Assembly: GCA_025450075.1 (NCBI GenBank)
Contig: JANWIC010000008.1
Span: 11,289-75,288, forward strand
Direction of reading: 5' to 3'
DNA: 64,000 nt
DNA from: Patescibacteria group bacterium
Lineage (GTDB): Bacteria; Patescibacteriota; Dojkabacteria; JAKAPS01
Positions 38,238 to 47,968 of the stretch are shown here, piece after piece; position 1 is the first letter of the stretch; the number at the start of each line of letters is the position of its first letter. The notes below the pieces were generated by a model. It ran no database searches and was not told the origin of the DNA. It was given only the letters and a program-made list of their open reading frames with translations. Made by a program: the position numbers and the translations under genes.

Positions 38238-39215
38238 ATGCATCAACACAAGATCTTACAACTTTACATCATCATATGTATATCTATTGCTTTACTTCTT
38301 ATTTTAATAGACCATAACTCACAGCATCAAACAGTAATATCAGGATCGTTACAAATCCCAACAGAAAAGATTACTTCAGCAGTACCTTCTGAAACTACTA
38401 ATCCTTCAATATCCCCTACACCAACCAGCTTGCCGCACCATGTATTTGTAATCGTAATGGAAAATCATGGGTATTCAAGTATTGTACATAATAGTCAGGC
38501 ACCTTATATTAATTCTCTCTTATCACAAGCAGCTATTGCAGATAACTATACTTCAGTAGCTCATCCAAGCTTACCAAACTATATTGGATTAATAAGTGGA
38601 TCAACATTTTCCATAACAAGTGATTGCACCAACTGTTATATTAATGCCGCAAATCTTGCAGACCAATTAGACCAAAACAATATTTCTTGGAAAGCATATA
38701 TGGACAGCATGCCTTCTCCCTGCTTTATTGGTAGTCGATATCCATATGCGCAAAAGCATGACCCATTCATGTACTTTAATGATATTCGCTTAAATCCAAC
38801 ACGATGCGCAAAACATATTGTCCCGTTAAATAACTTCAATACAGATATTGGTACAAATACAATTCCTCAATTCACATGGATTACACCAAATTTATGTAAT
38901 GACATGCATGATTGCAGTATTGCAAAAGGTGATGCGTGGCTTGCTGGTATTGTGCCCACTATTCTTCATACATCTTCATATCAGCATGGAGGAATTCTAT
39001 TTATTACATGGGATGAAGGAAGTGATGTAGCACTATCATCCGATAAGATCCTTACACTCGTTCTATCACCTACTGCAAAGCAGGGATATTATAATTCTCA
39101 AAACTTAAATCATTACTCTTTACTTCGTACAATTGAAGATATTTTCCATTTAGGTTATTTGAATAATGCACAACAGGCAACTTCAATGTCTAATTTCTTT
39201 ACCACTTCGTTTTAA
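38238..39215 (+). CDS. Phosphoesterase-family protein (acid phosphatase / non-haemolytic phospholipase C, PF04185-like), secreted
   Basis: Signal/TM 'LYIIICISIALLLILI'. 'HVFVIVMENHGYSSIV' and 'PNYIGLISGSTF' match phosphoesterase-family motifs. Confidence 0.6.
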   Translation: MHQHKILQLYIIICISIALLLILIDHNSQHQTVISGSLQIPTEKITSAVPSETTNPSISPTPTSLPHHVFVIVMENHGYSSIVHNSQAPYINSLLSQAAIADNYTSVAHPSLPNYIGLISGSTFSITSDCTNCYINAANLADQLDQNNISWKAYMDSMPSPCFIGSRYPYAQKHDPFMYFNDIRLNPTRCAKHIVPLNNFNTDIGTNTIPQFTWITPNLCNDMHDCSIAKGDAWLAGIVPTILHTSSYQHGGILFITWDEGSDVALSSDKILTLVLSPTAKQGYYNSQNLNHYSLLRTIEDIFHLGYLNNAQQATSMSNFFTTSF

Positions 39216-39847
39216 CTTAGTGAAAATGAAAACCCTCCTGAAATTGAACATCTAATATTTCGAATTACATCTTCATCCTTGTTAATATATAACCGTACAA
39301 TTTTTCCGCTTGCCATATCAACCCAGTTATTTACTACGCCAACATAAGAAATATGTTGATTAGAATCATCTTTAAATTCATCAATCTGAAATGTAAACGA
39401 CCCATCCAAATGAAAATTTCCAACTCTTAAATGAGCAACAATGGTTTCAACCGGAAGAATGACATTTGTAAGAGCCACTCCTACTTGGTAGGGCTTAAAA
39501 TTTCGTAAAAATTTAGAAGGTATTGGTTCACCGTTATGAACAGCATATTTATCAATTATACCGATACCAAGACCTTCATCATATTCACATTGAAACCTGG
39601 GAATTGTACCATATAATTGTAACACGCCAATACCAGGAATTTCTTTTCCATCAGTACTGAACCCTGATGAGAATCGAATATGTTCTCCCGGCAATAGAAA
39701 ATGCTGCTCATTTGCAATAACTATCTGATGGGTTGTAAACGAACCTGTTTCTTCCGACATATGCCATATTATATTTTTCGGAAATTCAAAGATCTGTGAG
39801 AAAATAACAAATGATTTGACACCTGAGTGAGAATGCATATAATACAA
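39212..39847 (-). CDS. Hypothetical protein
   Basis: 211-aa ORF. No motif recognised. Confidence 0.35.
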   Translation of the reverse strand: MYYMHSHSGVKSFVIFSQIFEFPKNIIWHMSEETGSFTTHQIVIANEQHFLLPGEHIRFSSGFSTDGKEIPGIGVLQLYGTIPRFQCEYDEGLGIGIIDKYAVHNGEPIPSKFLRNFKPYQVGVALTNVILPVETIVAHLRVGNFHLDGSFTFQIDEFKDDSNQHISYVGVVNNWVDMASGKIVRLYINKDEDVIRNIRCSISGGFSFSLS

Positions 39848-39870
39848 ATAGATGATTATCTAAATCAATC

Positions 39871-40263
39871 ATGAAAAATATTTCAAAAGAATATACAATT
39901 AAGGCACCCGTAGAAGAAGTTTGGAAAGCTCTAACTCGAGCAGAATATATTGAAGAATGGAGCGGTGCAGCTGCAATTATGGATGGAAGACCTCTTACAC
40001 GCTTCACACTTTGGAATGGAGATATTTATGGAATGAATATAAAAAGCATGCAAAACCAATTGCTTATTCAAGAATGGGCAGAAGCCAGTTGGCTGATGTC
40101 TACACGAGTCACTTTTACTCTAAAAGACTTAGGGAATAAAGAGACAAGCTTGACGCTACTTCATGAAGGTGTTCCTGATGAAAAGTATAACAGCATTAAT
40201 AAAGGCTGGGATATGTATTATCTTGGAGCCATTAAAGATTTTCTTGAATCAAAATCCCGTTAG
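39871..40263 (+). CDS. SRPBCC-superfamily protein (AHSA1/Aha1-like)
   Basis: 130 aa with 'EVWKALTRAEYIEEWSG...', typical of the activator-of-Hsp90-ATPase homolog domain. Confidence 0.55.
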   Translation: MKNISKEYTIKAPVEEVWKALTRAEYIEEWSGAAAIMDGRPLTRFTLWNGDIYGMNIKSMQNQLLIQEWAEASWLMSTRVTFTLKDLGNKETSLTLLHEGVPDEKYNSINKGWDMYYLGAIKDFLESKSR

Positions 40264-40317
40264 GTTTCATACAGAAATTACCCCTCTCCCCATGGTATCC
40301 TGTTAATTGCAAAGGAG

Positions 40318-40521
40318 GTGATGAAAATGGCAGTCAACCCAATACAACTTGAAAAATTTCTCAAAGGCGCTGATTATCCAACAGATAAGCAGAGCTTAAT
40401 TAAAATTGCTCAAAGCAACCAAGCAGACCAGGAAGTTATTGAAACATTAAATAACATGCCGGGAGATCAATTCAACTCAGTAAAAGATGTCAGTAAAGCA
40501 ATTGGAGCGGAAGATATCTAA
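40318..40521 (+). CDS. DUF2795 small protein
   Basis: SD 'AAGGAGGTGATGAAAATG'. 'LKGADYPTDKQSLIKIAQSNQADQEVIETLNNMP' is characteristic of DUF2795. Confidence 0.55.
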   Translation: MMKMAVNPIQLEKFLKGADYPTDKQSLIKIAQSNQADQEVIETLNNMPGDQFNSVKDVSKAIGAEDI

Positions 40522-40836
40522 TTAACAATCATTTTCTTCTTCCCATTTTGTTAAATGAGCCATAATTTCTTTTAAGGATTGGCCTTTTGGGGTAAGGGAA
40601 TATTCAACATGAAGAGGTACTTCTGCAAATACCTTCTTTTTTATGATACCATTTCTTTCTAACTGCTGGAGTCTTAATGATAAAGTTTTGGGACTGATCC
40701 CGCTTAAAGCATATTCTAATTCGCCGAAACGCTTCGTACCTATGCATAAATTGCATAAAAGCGGGATCGTCCACTTGCTTCCAATTATTTTTAATGTTTT
40801 AGTAAATGCAATTGCTTGCTTTTTATTCTCTGGCAT
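40522..40836 (-). CDS. HxlR-type HTH transcriptional regulator
   Basis: 'KWTIPLLCNLCIGTKRFGELEYALSGISPKTLSLRLQQLERNGII' is the HxlR wHTH signature. Confidence 0.75.
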   Translation of the reverse strand: MPENKKQAIAFTKTLKIIGSKWTIPLLCNLCIGTKRFGELEYALSGISPKTLSLRLQQLERNGIIKKKVFAEVPLHVEYSLTPKGQSLKEIMAHLTKWEEENDC

Positions 40837-40952
40837 CTTAGTGGAAATAATGTTTAAGAGAGTATATATTTATACTTCACAAAGTGCAAGTACTTTACAA
40901 AAATAATTAGCAATGCTATAGTACGACTGCTAATATCATTTTCAATTGTACT

Positions 40953-41903
40953 ATGAAACAAGTTATGTATGATGCACCCATGCTAGATTCCTATTCGAAA
41001 GTAGTTGTAGATATTGTTGAAAGAGTGGGACCTTGTGTAGTTAGTATATGTGTAGTTCGAAATGGAAGGATGAGACAGGAAACTTCAGCTGGATCAGGCG
41101 TAATAATTACTCCTGATGGATTTATTCTAACAAATAACCATGTTGTAGAAGGTGCAAGTGAGTTGGCAGTTAACTTTGTTAACGGGAATAGCATGAATGC
41201 TACTCTCATCGGCACTGATCCAACTATTGATCTTGGTATCATTCGAGTTAATTCTACGAATCTTCCAAATGCAACTTTGGGGGATGCAAACTTTCTCAAA
41301 GCTGGACAGATTGCAATCGCAATTGGAAATCCATTTGGATTCCAAAATTCAGTTACAACTGGAGTAATCTCAGCACTTGGAAGAGGACTTAGAAGCCAAT
41401 CAGGACACTTGATAGAAAATATTATCCAAACCGATGCTCCTATAAATCCAGGAAACTCAGGCGGACCTCTCGTAAATCATCGTGGTGAAATTATCGGCAT
41501 TAATACTGCTATTAATCACATGGCACAAGGCATCGGATTTGCAGTTCCTATAAATGATATAACCAAAAATGTTATCGGGGAATTAATCATGCATGGAAAA
41601 ATACGACGTCCATATTTGGGGATTGCGGGACAACAAAGACCAGTTGGAAGGAAGTTTCAACGTGCCTATAGTCTGATTAAAGAAACGGTAATTGAGGTAC
41701 TTTTCGTTAAAGAAAATGCTCCAGCACAAAGAGCAGGTGTTAAACCGGGTGATTTTATTGTTTCACTTGACGATATACAATTATCATCAATTGATGAGCT
41801 TCACCATGCACTTTCACAAAAGAGTATTGGATCAGTTTTTCGTTTAGGTGTCATTCGAAATGATAAGTTGCATGCGCTCACGGTTATTGCAAGTGAAGCA
41901 TAA
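40953..41903 (+). CDS. HtrA/DegP-like trypsin-family serine protease with C-terminal PDZ domain
   Basis: Catalytic His 'LTNNHVV', 'DPTIDLGIIRV' and Ser 'INPGNSGGPLVN'. The C-terminal ~90 aa are PDZ-like. Confidence 0.8.
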   Translation: MKQVMYDAPMLDSYSKVVVDIVERVGPCVVSICVVRNGRMRQETSAGSGVIITPDGFILTNNHVVEGASELAVNFVNGNSMNATLIGTDPTIDLGIIRVNSTNLPNATLGDANFLKAGQIAIAIGNPFGFQNSVTTGVISALGRGLRSQSGHLIENIIQTDAPINPGNSGGPLVNHRGEIIGINTAINHMAQGIGFAVPINDITKNVIGELIMHGKIRRPYLGIAGQQRPVGRKFQRAYSLIKETVIEVLFVKENAPAQRAGVKPGDFIVSLDDIQLSSIDELHHALSQKSIGSVFRLGVIRNDKLHALTVIASEA

Positions 41904-41904
41904 C

Positions 41905-42405
41905 TTATTGCATAGTCAGCACTAGATATATCATTGCAAGACTGGTTCCTAAAGCCGCCATAACAAATTGTGCTACTATGAGGGAAGAGAATAGCATAAC
42001 CGCAATTGCTGGAATAAACATGATAGACGCACCAAAATAGTACTGAGGTTTTTTCTCAATAAATCCGTTTATAATAAAACCTAGGGATAATAGAATCATC
42101 CAAAAAACCCCTAAAGTTATTTGTAACGATGCCAAAGCCTGAAGATGGAAAACAAGAAATGATATGAACAAACCCAAAACGATCACCGCTATCCAATTAA
42201 TAAATATTGCCTTCATAATTTTAGATTGTAATGGCATGACACGAAGCATGTATCCAACACCAATTACGGAAAAAAGAAACCATACACCATTAATATTTTC
42301 CGATTGATAAGCGTTTGTTGCTAAAAACCCAACAAAAAGTATACCTGCCCAAAGCAGATAAACTTTGTATCGAGTATTTTTAAGCATTAATCCTAAATTC
42401 ATCAT
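41905..42405 (-). CDS. Hypothetical integral membrane protein
   Basis: 166 aa with ~5 TM helices. Confidence 0.4.
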   Translation of the reverse strand: MMNLGLMLKNTRYKVYLLWAGILFVGFLATNAYQSENINGVWFLFSVIGVGYMLRVMPLQSKIMKAIFINWIAVIVLGLFISFLVFHLQALASLQITLGVFWMILLSLGFIINGFIEKKPQYYFGASIMFIPAIAVMLFSSLIVAQFVMAALGTSLAMIYLVLTMQ

Positions 42406-42442
42406 ATCTACAGTAACAAATTTCTTTTATTTAGACAATCCT

Positions 42443-44251
42443 CTATATTTTACCTAATTTTTTAGCCAACTGGGTAGTTTCTTGCAACAAGTTATCAATA
42501 TCTTTCAATCCATCTTCCCAGAATTTTTCCGAAGTAATATCAATACCAAGATTTTTAAAAATATCTTTTGGAGAAGCAGAGCTACCTGCTGATAAGAAAT
42601 CAATAACTTTATCAATAAATCCCTTTTCCCGTCTTACTGCAAATTGTAATGATTTTGATATCAAAAGTCCGCTAGCATAACTATAAACATAAAAATATGA
42701 ACGGAAATGGGAAACATACATCCACCAGTTTTGTGATCCCGCTGTCAACTCAACTGCCTCTCCCATATAAGAAGTCATATGTTGAAGAAATAATTCCCCT
42801 ATTTCTTCTTTTGTCAGATATCCCTTTTCCCGGTACATCTTATGCAGATCTGTTTCAAAGTTATAGAATGCAATCTGCCGAAAGATAGTGGCTATCTGTT
42901 CATCTAACTTTTTAACCATAAGAGATAATTTCACCTCATCATCTGCATCTTGTAGCAATCGTTGTAAAACGAAATCTTCCATAAATGTACTTGCAACTTC
43001 AGCTGTACTCATCGGAACACCAAAGTTCAAACCATTCAAATTCTTTCGCATTAACTCATTATTTATTCCATGTCCTGTTTCATGCGCAAGAGTAAGAAGA
43101 TCATTAACTTTACCTGTAAAATTAAGTAGTATATAGGTAGCTTGGGACAAAGATCCTGATGCACAGAATGCTCCTGAATCTTTTCCCCTATAAGGAAAGA
43201 CATCATAATGACCTTCTGTTAAAAAATCCATCATTATCGATCCGAATATTGGACTAAGATCATCAAGTGTTTGGTGTACAAGTTCTGCTGCTTCATCCCA
43301 GTCATATGTTTCATTTATCTCACCATACTCAGCATTTCTGTCATAATATTTTAATTTATCAACCCCCATCAGTTTTGCTTTAAATGAATAATAATTTTGT
43401 GCTATTGCAAAGGAAGAAGAGACACTTTTTACTACCGCTTCCACGACTTTAATATCCATATCATCTCCCATTATCCGTGCTTCATCAGGACGAGAGTAAT
43501 GACGAATTTCATCTGAAACTTTTTTATCTTGCAATACCGAATTTATTTCTGCTTCAGCGACATCTACATTTTTATCAAGAATACTATTCAATCCATTTGC
43601 TGCAGATTCTCTTACTTTCCTGTCTTTACTTTCTAAAAGTCCCAAGATAGCTGCAAAGCTAAGTTTTTCATTCTTTCCATCTTCTGTAAGTACTTTACGC
43701 TCTTCTTTTGCTAAAAAACGATTAAGCATATCAATCCAATTTCCATAAGATGCCCTGCTTTTTAAAGACATAATTTTTTCTTCGTCTTCCGTAAGAATAT
43801 GTTTTGCGAATGCAAAAAGGCGTTCTAAATAATGATGATACTCTATGAGTGTAGGGGATTGGAGAAATGATTCCTGTATATCCTCAGGTATCTTGGATAA
43901 ATTGACTTCAAAAAAATTTATTTGGTTTGAAATATAAAGAGCAAAATCTCCTGCTTTATTTTCTTTTGCTTTAATCTCAGTATTATTTTGGTCTAACTCC
44001 GATTTTAAGCCAAAATAATATCCTTCATTCCCGTCTCCACTATACTTTGCTGCCCATTCTGCCAAGGTATCCAAAGCTTCTTTTAAAGCACCTGGATCAG
44101 TTAGATAAGAATTATCATTTCGATACGTCTCTACAAATGCTTTTGTCTTTTCTTCAATGATTTTACGTTCTTTTTGAAAATCTTCTTCATTCCCTGAGGG
44201 AAGAAGCAATGAGAAATTCCAATTGATTGGATATCGATAAGTTTTTACCAT
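42443..44251 (-). CDS. pepF: Oligoendopeptidase F (M3B metallopeptidase)
   Basis: ~600 aa with zinc motif 'LAHETGHGINNE' (HExxH) and overall PepF-like sequence. Confidence 0.8.
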   Translation of the reverse strand: MVKTYRYPINWNFSLLLPSGNEEDFQKERKIIEEKTKAFVETYRNDNSYLTDPGALKEALDTLAEWAAKYSGDGNEGYYFGLKSELDQNNTEIKAKENKAGDFALYISNQINFFEVNLSKIPEDIQESFLQSPTLIEYHHYLERLFAFAKHILTEDEEKIMSLKSRASYGNWIDMLNRFLAKEERKVLTEDGKNEKLSFAAILGLLESKDRKVRESAANGLNSILDKNVDVAEAEINSVLQDKKVSDEIRHYSRPDEARIMGDDMDIKVVEAVVKSVSSSFAIAQNYYSFKAKLMGVDKLKYYDRNAEYGEINETYDWDEAAELVHQTLDDLSPIFGSIMMDFLTEGHYDVFPYRGKDSGAFCASGSLSQATYILLNFTGKVNDLLTLAHETGHGINNELMRKNLNGLNFGVPMSTAEVASTFMEDFVLQRLLQDADDEVKLSLMVKKLDEQIATIFRQIAFYNFETDLHKMYREKGYLTKEEIGELFLQHMTSYMGEAVELTAGSQNWWMYVSHFRSYFYVYSYASGLLISKSLQFAVRREKGFIDKVIDFLSAGSSASPKDIFKNLGIDITSEKFWEDGLKDIDNLLQETTQLAKKLGKI

Positions 44252-44293
44252 AGATCTGTGTAAAGTATTTTGATTCTACTATAATTTTTTCTA

Positions 44294-44324
44294 CAAAAAC
44301 AGATGCTTACGCATCTGTCTTTGT
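44294..44324 (-). terminator. Intrinsic terminator downstream of the YmgE-like gene (also near-symmetric on the plus strand)
   Basis: Stem ACAGATGC/GCATCTGT with loop TTAC, flanked by an A-run on the plus strand (U-run on the minus transcript). Confidence 0.55.
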
Positions 44325-44345
44325 CCAAACCCTAATGAAGGGGTT

Positions 44346-44594
44346 TTAATACTTTCGTTGCAATGCTTTGCCGATCGCTATTAAAATTACTGCTCCAATA
44401 ATTGCTACAATAAGACTGTAGACGTTAAATGTTCCAACACCAGGGAATCCTAACAGATTCATAATGAAGCCGCCAATCAATGCACCAATAATTCCTAAAA
44501 CGATGTCCATAACAATTCCTTGGCTTGTTCGGGTAATTAATGAAGCTATCCAACCAGCAATTGCTCCGAAAATGATCCAACTGATAATTGCCAT
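44346..44594 (-). CDS. GlsB/YeaQ/YmgE-family (transglycosylase-associated) small membrane stress protein
   Basis: 82 aa: 'AIISWIIFGAIAGWIASLI...GIIGALIGGFIMNLLG'. Strong SD 'AAGGAGGGG' upstream. Confidence 0.7.
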   Translation of the reverse strand: MAIISWIIFGAIAGWIASLITRTSQGIVMDIVLGIIGALIGGFIMNLLGFPGVGTFNVYSLIVAIIGAVILIAIGKALQRKY

Positions 44595-44865
44595 ACGTAT
44601 ATCCCCTCCTTTCTATGCGATAATATAAAGTAAGAATGTTCGTGTTTTTAGATTGCTCGCTTCTCTATTCGAGCCCTCCATCCATATGAATCTGTTCGTA
44701 TACACGGTTCTTTTTCTTGTACCCCTTTATATGATTGTGTTAATTGTTTAGAAAACATTTGTATTTGCACCTCCTCTCATTGTTTTCTAGCATATTCTTA
44801 TTAAGCTATTTATTCAGTAATGTGCATGACCAAACGCATGTAATTTTATTCACACTCATCTAAAA

Positions 44866-44898
44866 ACAAAAAAGAGAGGCGCAAGCCTCTCTCATTTT
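44866..44898 (-). terminator. Intrinsic terminator (bidirectional in form)
   Basis: Hairpin AGAGAGGC-GCAA-GCCTCTCT, flanked by AAAAAA (plus strand) and TTTT. Confidence 0.6.
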
Positions 44899-44995
44899 AT
44901 CTAGATATTTCTTCATTCCATAAACTATTTAAAATTGAATTTCGTAATTCTTTTTCTAAATACTTTTCCCTGCCTTTTTTTCCTTTTACACTCAT
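44897..44995 (-). CDS. Unannotated 32-aa basic peptide
   Basis: Minus-strand ATG preceded by SD 'GAAAGGGGGTGAA'. Translates to 'MSVKGKKGREKYLEKELRNSILNSLWNEEISR' and runs directly into the terminator above. Confidence 0.4.
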   Translation of the reverse strand: MSVKGKKGREKYLEKELRNSILNSLWNEEISR

Positions 44996-45084
44996 GGCAG
45001 TTCACCCCCTTTCTCTTCTTACCTTACTCTATTTCCATTGCTTTTCTCTGTAAAGAATCATTCCAAAATTATGTGAGAGAAAGA

Positions 45085-45116
45085 ACAAAAGCAGATGTTG
45101 CCATCTGCTTTTGTTT
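45085..45116. terminator. Bidirectional intrinsic terminator downstream of the KGG-repeat gene
   Basis: Stem AAGCAGATG/CATCTGCTT with loop TTGC, an A-run before and a T-run after. Confidence 0.6.
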
Positions 45117-45130
45117 ATATTGTCGTTGAT

Positions 45131-45325
45131 TTATTGGTTCGAGCTGGGTCGAGACGCCTGTCCTCCTTTCTTTCCGGCTGCCCTTGCTTCTTCAGAATTC
45201 CATTCGTGTGCAGTGCCTTGTTCATGTGCTGCCCTTCCTCCTTTACTTGCAATTTCTCTTTGCTTTTTCGGGTCCATTGATGCAAAGCCTCTTCCCCTAG
45301 ATTTACCATTATTCGATTTTGCCAT
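45131..45325 (-). CDS. KGG-repeat general stress protein (YciG/Con-10-like)
   Basis: 64 aa 'MAKSNNGKSRGRGFASMDPKKQREIASKGGRAAHEQG...AGKKGGQASR' with the KGG repeat signature. SD 'AAGGAGGTG' upstream. Confidence 0.7.
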   Translation of the reverse strand: MAKSNNGKSRGRGFASMDPKKQREIASKGGRAAHEQGTAHEWNSEEARAAGKKGGQASRPSSNQ

Positions 45326-45514
45326 TATCCATTCACCTCCTTTCTATACATACCATCATAAAGAAGAAAATGCAGCCAAACAGTAAGGATAATCACATTA
45401 GATGAAGTAATCAACATTACAATTCTTGAGCATAATTGATTACAGAACTAATGGCTCAAGCGGTATATCCTTTATATATAATTTCATAGGCGAAATGAAA
45501 GGAGGTGTATTTCA

Positions 45515-46234
45515 TTGAATCTTGATACCGTAACAAAATCATTTAATTCTGTTGTTAGTACGTTTATCAATTTCATACCGTCTCTTATTAGCGGAGTCGT
45601 TTTGATCATTCTTGGTCTTATTATTGCGGCAATTATTAGGTCAATTGTAAATAAGGTGCTGCAGTCATTAAATTTTGATGCACTTGCTGATAGAGTCGGC
45701 ATTGGTAGATTTGTAGAAGCGACAGGAGTAAATGCAGACCCGATCAAGATAATCAGTAGTCTTGTCTACTGGCTTGTCTTTTTGATATTCCTGAACTCTG
45801 CGTTAATTGCTATGCATATTACCGCATTTTCACAAATTCTGAATGCTCTCTATTTGTATATTCCGCAAGTGGTTGCGGCAGTAATTATACTTCTTGTCGG
45901 TCTTGCCGCTGCTAATTTTCTTGCCGATATTATTCGTGGGCTTGTCGGATTAACAAGAACCGGTTTTCAAAATATACTTGCTGACTTAACAAAGATAGTC
46001 ATCATGCTATTTACAATTCTTGCAGCGCTTCAGCAATTGAACATTGCGACATCACTCTTAAATATTTTATTTAGTGGCATAGTGATTGCCATGGCTCTTG
46101 GAGTTGGTCTAGCTGTGGGAATTTCGTTTGGACTTGGAGGACGCGATCTTGCAACTCAATCATTGACAATGTTTCTTCAATCCATACGTTCTTCCACACC
46201 TGTTGATCGTAACGACAGAAGAACAAAAAAATAG
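45515..46234 (+). CDS. Membrane protein with conserved TM-helix repeats (TM_helix family, MscS-N-terminal-like)
   Basis: TTG start with SD 'GGAGGTG' 7 nt upstream. Four similar TM segments, each followed by an 'IIRSIVNKVL'/'IIRGLVGL'-like amphipathic stretch. Confidence 0.5.
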   Translation: MNLDTVTKSFNSVVSTFINFIPSLISGVVLIILGLIIAAIIRSIVNKVLQSLNFDALADRVGIGRFVEATGVNADPIKIISSLVYWLVFLIFLNSALIAMHITAFSQILNALYLYIPQVVAAVIILLVGLAAANFLADIIRGLVGLTRTGFQNILADLTKIVIMLFTILAALQQLNIATSLLNILFSGIVIAMALGVGLAVGISFGLGGRDLATQSLTMFLQSIRSSTPVDRNDRRTKK

Positions 46235-46252
46235 GATAAGGGGATAAACCCC

Positions 46253-47905
46253 TTATCCTGGTACCTGTATAATTTCTCCCCCAATATTTTTTACAAAATA
46301 TGTATCATGCGATACATAAAGTATTGCTCCAGGGAAATTGTGTAAGGTATTTTCCAATTCTTCAATTGAAGGAAGATCAAGATGGTTTGTCGGTTCATCA
46401 AGAATGAGGAGATTAGGATGGCTGATCATCATCTTCATAATTTGAAATCGGGCTTTTTGTCCTCCTGAAAGTTTCTCAATAAGTACGGATCTGTCTTGAT
46501 AAGGATCGAAAAGATAATCAGCAAGTAATTTGCTTAATTCCTGGTTATTCAAACCTTTATCATATATCTTTTGTATTCCTTCCTCAAGAGTCTTTCCCAA
46601 TATTTCCGGATCAATTTCCTGTTCATATATTCCAATCCGTGCATGTTCATTCAAAATTATTTCTCCGGTATAGATTTTGCCAGGAAAGATATTTTCTCCA
46701 TTCGTATTTCTTATTGCTTTGATAAGTGAGGATTTTCCAGCACCATTTCTTCCCTTGATCATGATACGGTCACTATGCTCAAGCGAGAATGAAATATTCT
46801 CAAAAATTGGCGAATCATATCCCAAAGAAAGATTTTTTACCGTAAGGAGGGTTCGCTTGTACTCATCAGACTTAGATTTTGCTATTCGGATATTTTTATC
46901 TTTGTATTTATGATACCTCTCCAACACATCATCCCGTATGAGTTCTTTTGATTCCTGGTCAATCCATATAGATGGTTTATCAAGTTGTGATTTTATCTCA
47001 TCATATTGTCTCTGCAGCCGTTCTTCTAATTTCCTTGCAGCAATACGAGCTTTTGTTGATTTTACCGAAAGTTTCTTTTCACGTGCTGCAATAACTTGCT
47101 TATGGAGTTTATCTAACAATCGAAGCGATTCTTCATAAGTATTCATCTTCGATATGGTTTTCATGCTATTTTGTTTTAAATAGACATCATATCCACCTTT
47201 ATACACATGTGCAACATAGTCTTTAATCTCAATTATTTTATCAACTACCTGTAGGACATCTCGATCATGTGTAATGACACATACTCCCATTGATGTATGA
47301 GTTAACCATGATATGAAGGCGTCTTTTCCGACATAATCCATATGATTAGTCGGTTCATCGATAAGGGCAATATCTGCTCCAGAATACATCACTTTAACAA
47401 GCTCCACATATTTCTTCTCTCCACCAGAAAGTTGTATTAATGGAGAAAGTATAACTTCAAGGCTTAAACCAAATGACATGAGAGCTTGATAAATGACATC
47501 TGGTAATTCATAATATCCCAATTCACCGAATTGATTGACAGCTTGGGTATATACATGGATCTTTTCAAGATCATTTCCCATCATTTCAGGATAAGTATCA
47601 ATTATTTTTAGTAAGTCGCGGTAATGTGGTACGTCGTCAAGAATATAATCAAGAGGTGTTGTATCGAGATAAAAAATCTCTTGCTGAGTAAGAACCATTC
47701 TGATTCCTTTTTTCAATTCGACTTCACCTTGATAATCCGTATCTTCACCGTCAAGGATATGAAATAGTGTCGTTTTTCCAAATCCATTTCTTCCGATAAG
47801 GGCGACTTTTTCCTTTTCATTTATCTGAAGGTTCAACCCTTTATACAGAGTTTTTCCCGCTATTGTTTTTTCCAATTCTTTGCAATTAATCAGCATATAT
47901 AACAA
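46253..47905 (-). CDS. ABC-F family ATPase (EttA/Uup/ARE-like; two ABC cassettes, no TM domain)
   Basis: Two Walker A motifs ('GRNGFGKTTLF' and 'GRNGAGKSSLI') and two signatures ('LSGGEKKY' and 'LSGGQKAR') separated by a charged linker 'AAREKKLSVKSTKARIAARKLEERLQRQ'. Confidence 0.85.
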   Translation of the reverse strand: MLYMLINCKELEKTIAGKTLYKGLNLQINEKEKVALIGRNGFGKTTLFHILDGEDTDYQGEVELKKGIRMVLTQQEIFYLDTTPLDYILDDVPHYRDLLKIIDTYPEMMGNDLEKIHVYTQAVNQFGELGYYELPDVIYQALMSFGLSLEVILSPLIQLSGGEKKYVELVKVMYSGADIALIDEPTNHMDYVGKDAFISWLTHTSMGVCVITHDRDVLQVVDKIIEIKDYVAHVYKGGYDVYLKQNSMKTISKMNTYEESLRLLDKLHKQVIAAREKKLSVKSTKARIAARKLEERLQRQYDEIKSQLDKPSIWIDQESKELIRDDVLERYHKYKDKNIRIAKSKSDEYKRTLLTVKNLSLGYDSPIFENISFSLEHSDRIMIKGRNGAGKSSLIKAIRNTNGENIFPGKIYTGEIILNEHARIGIYEQEIDPEILGKTLEEGIQKIYDKGLNNQELSKLLADYLFDPYQDRSVLIEKLSGGQKARFQIMKMMISHPNLLILDEPTNHLDLPSIEELENTLHNFPGAILYVSHDTYFVKNIGGEIIQVPG

Positions 47906-47968
47906 AACAATGCAGTTATTGTATCATAAAGCAACAATTAGATATAATCTGGGTATTAATTTACACAT

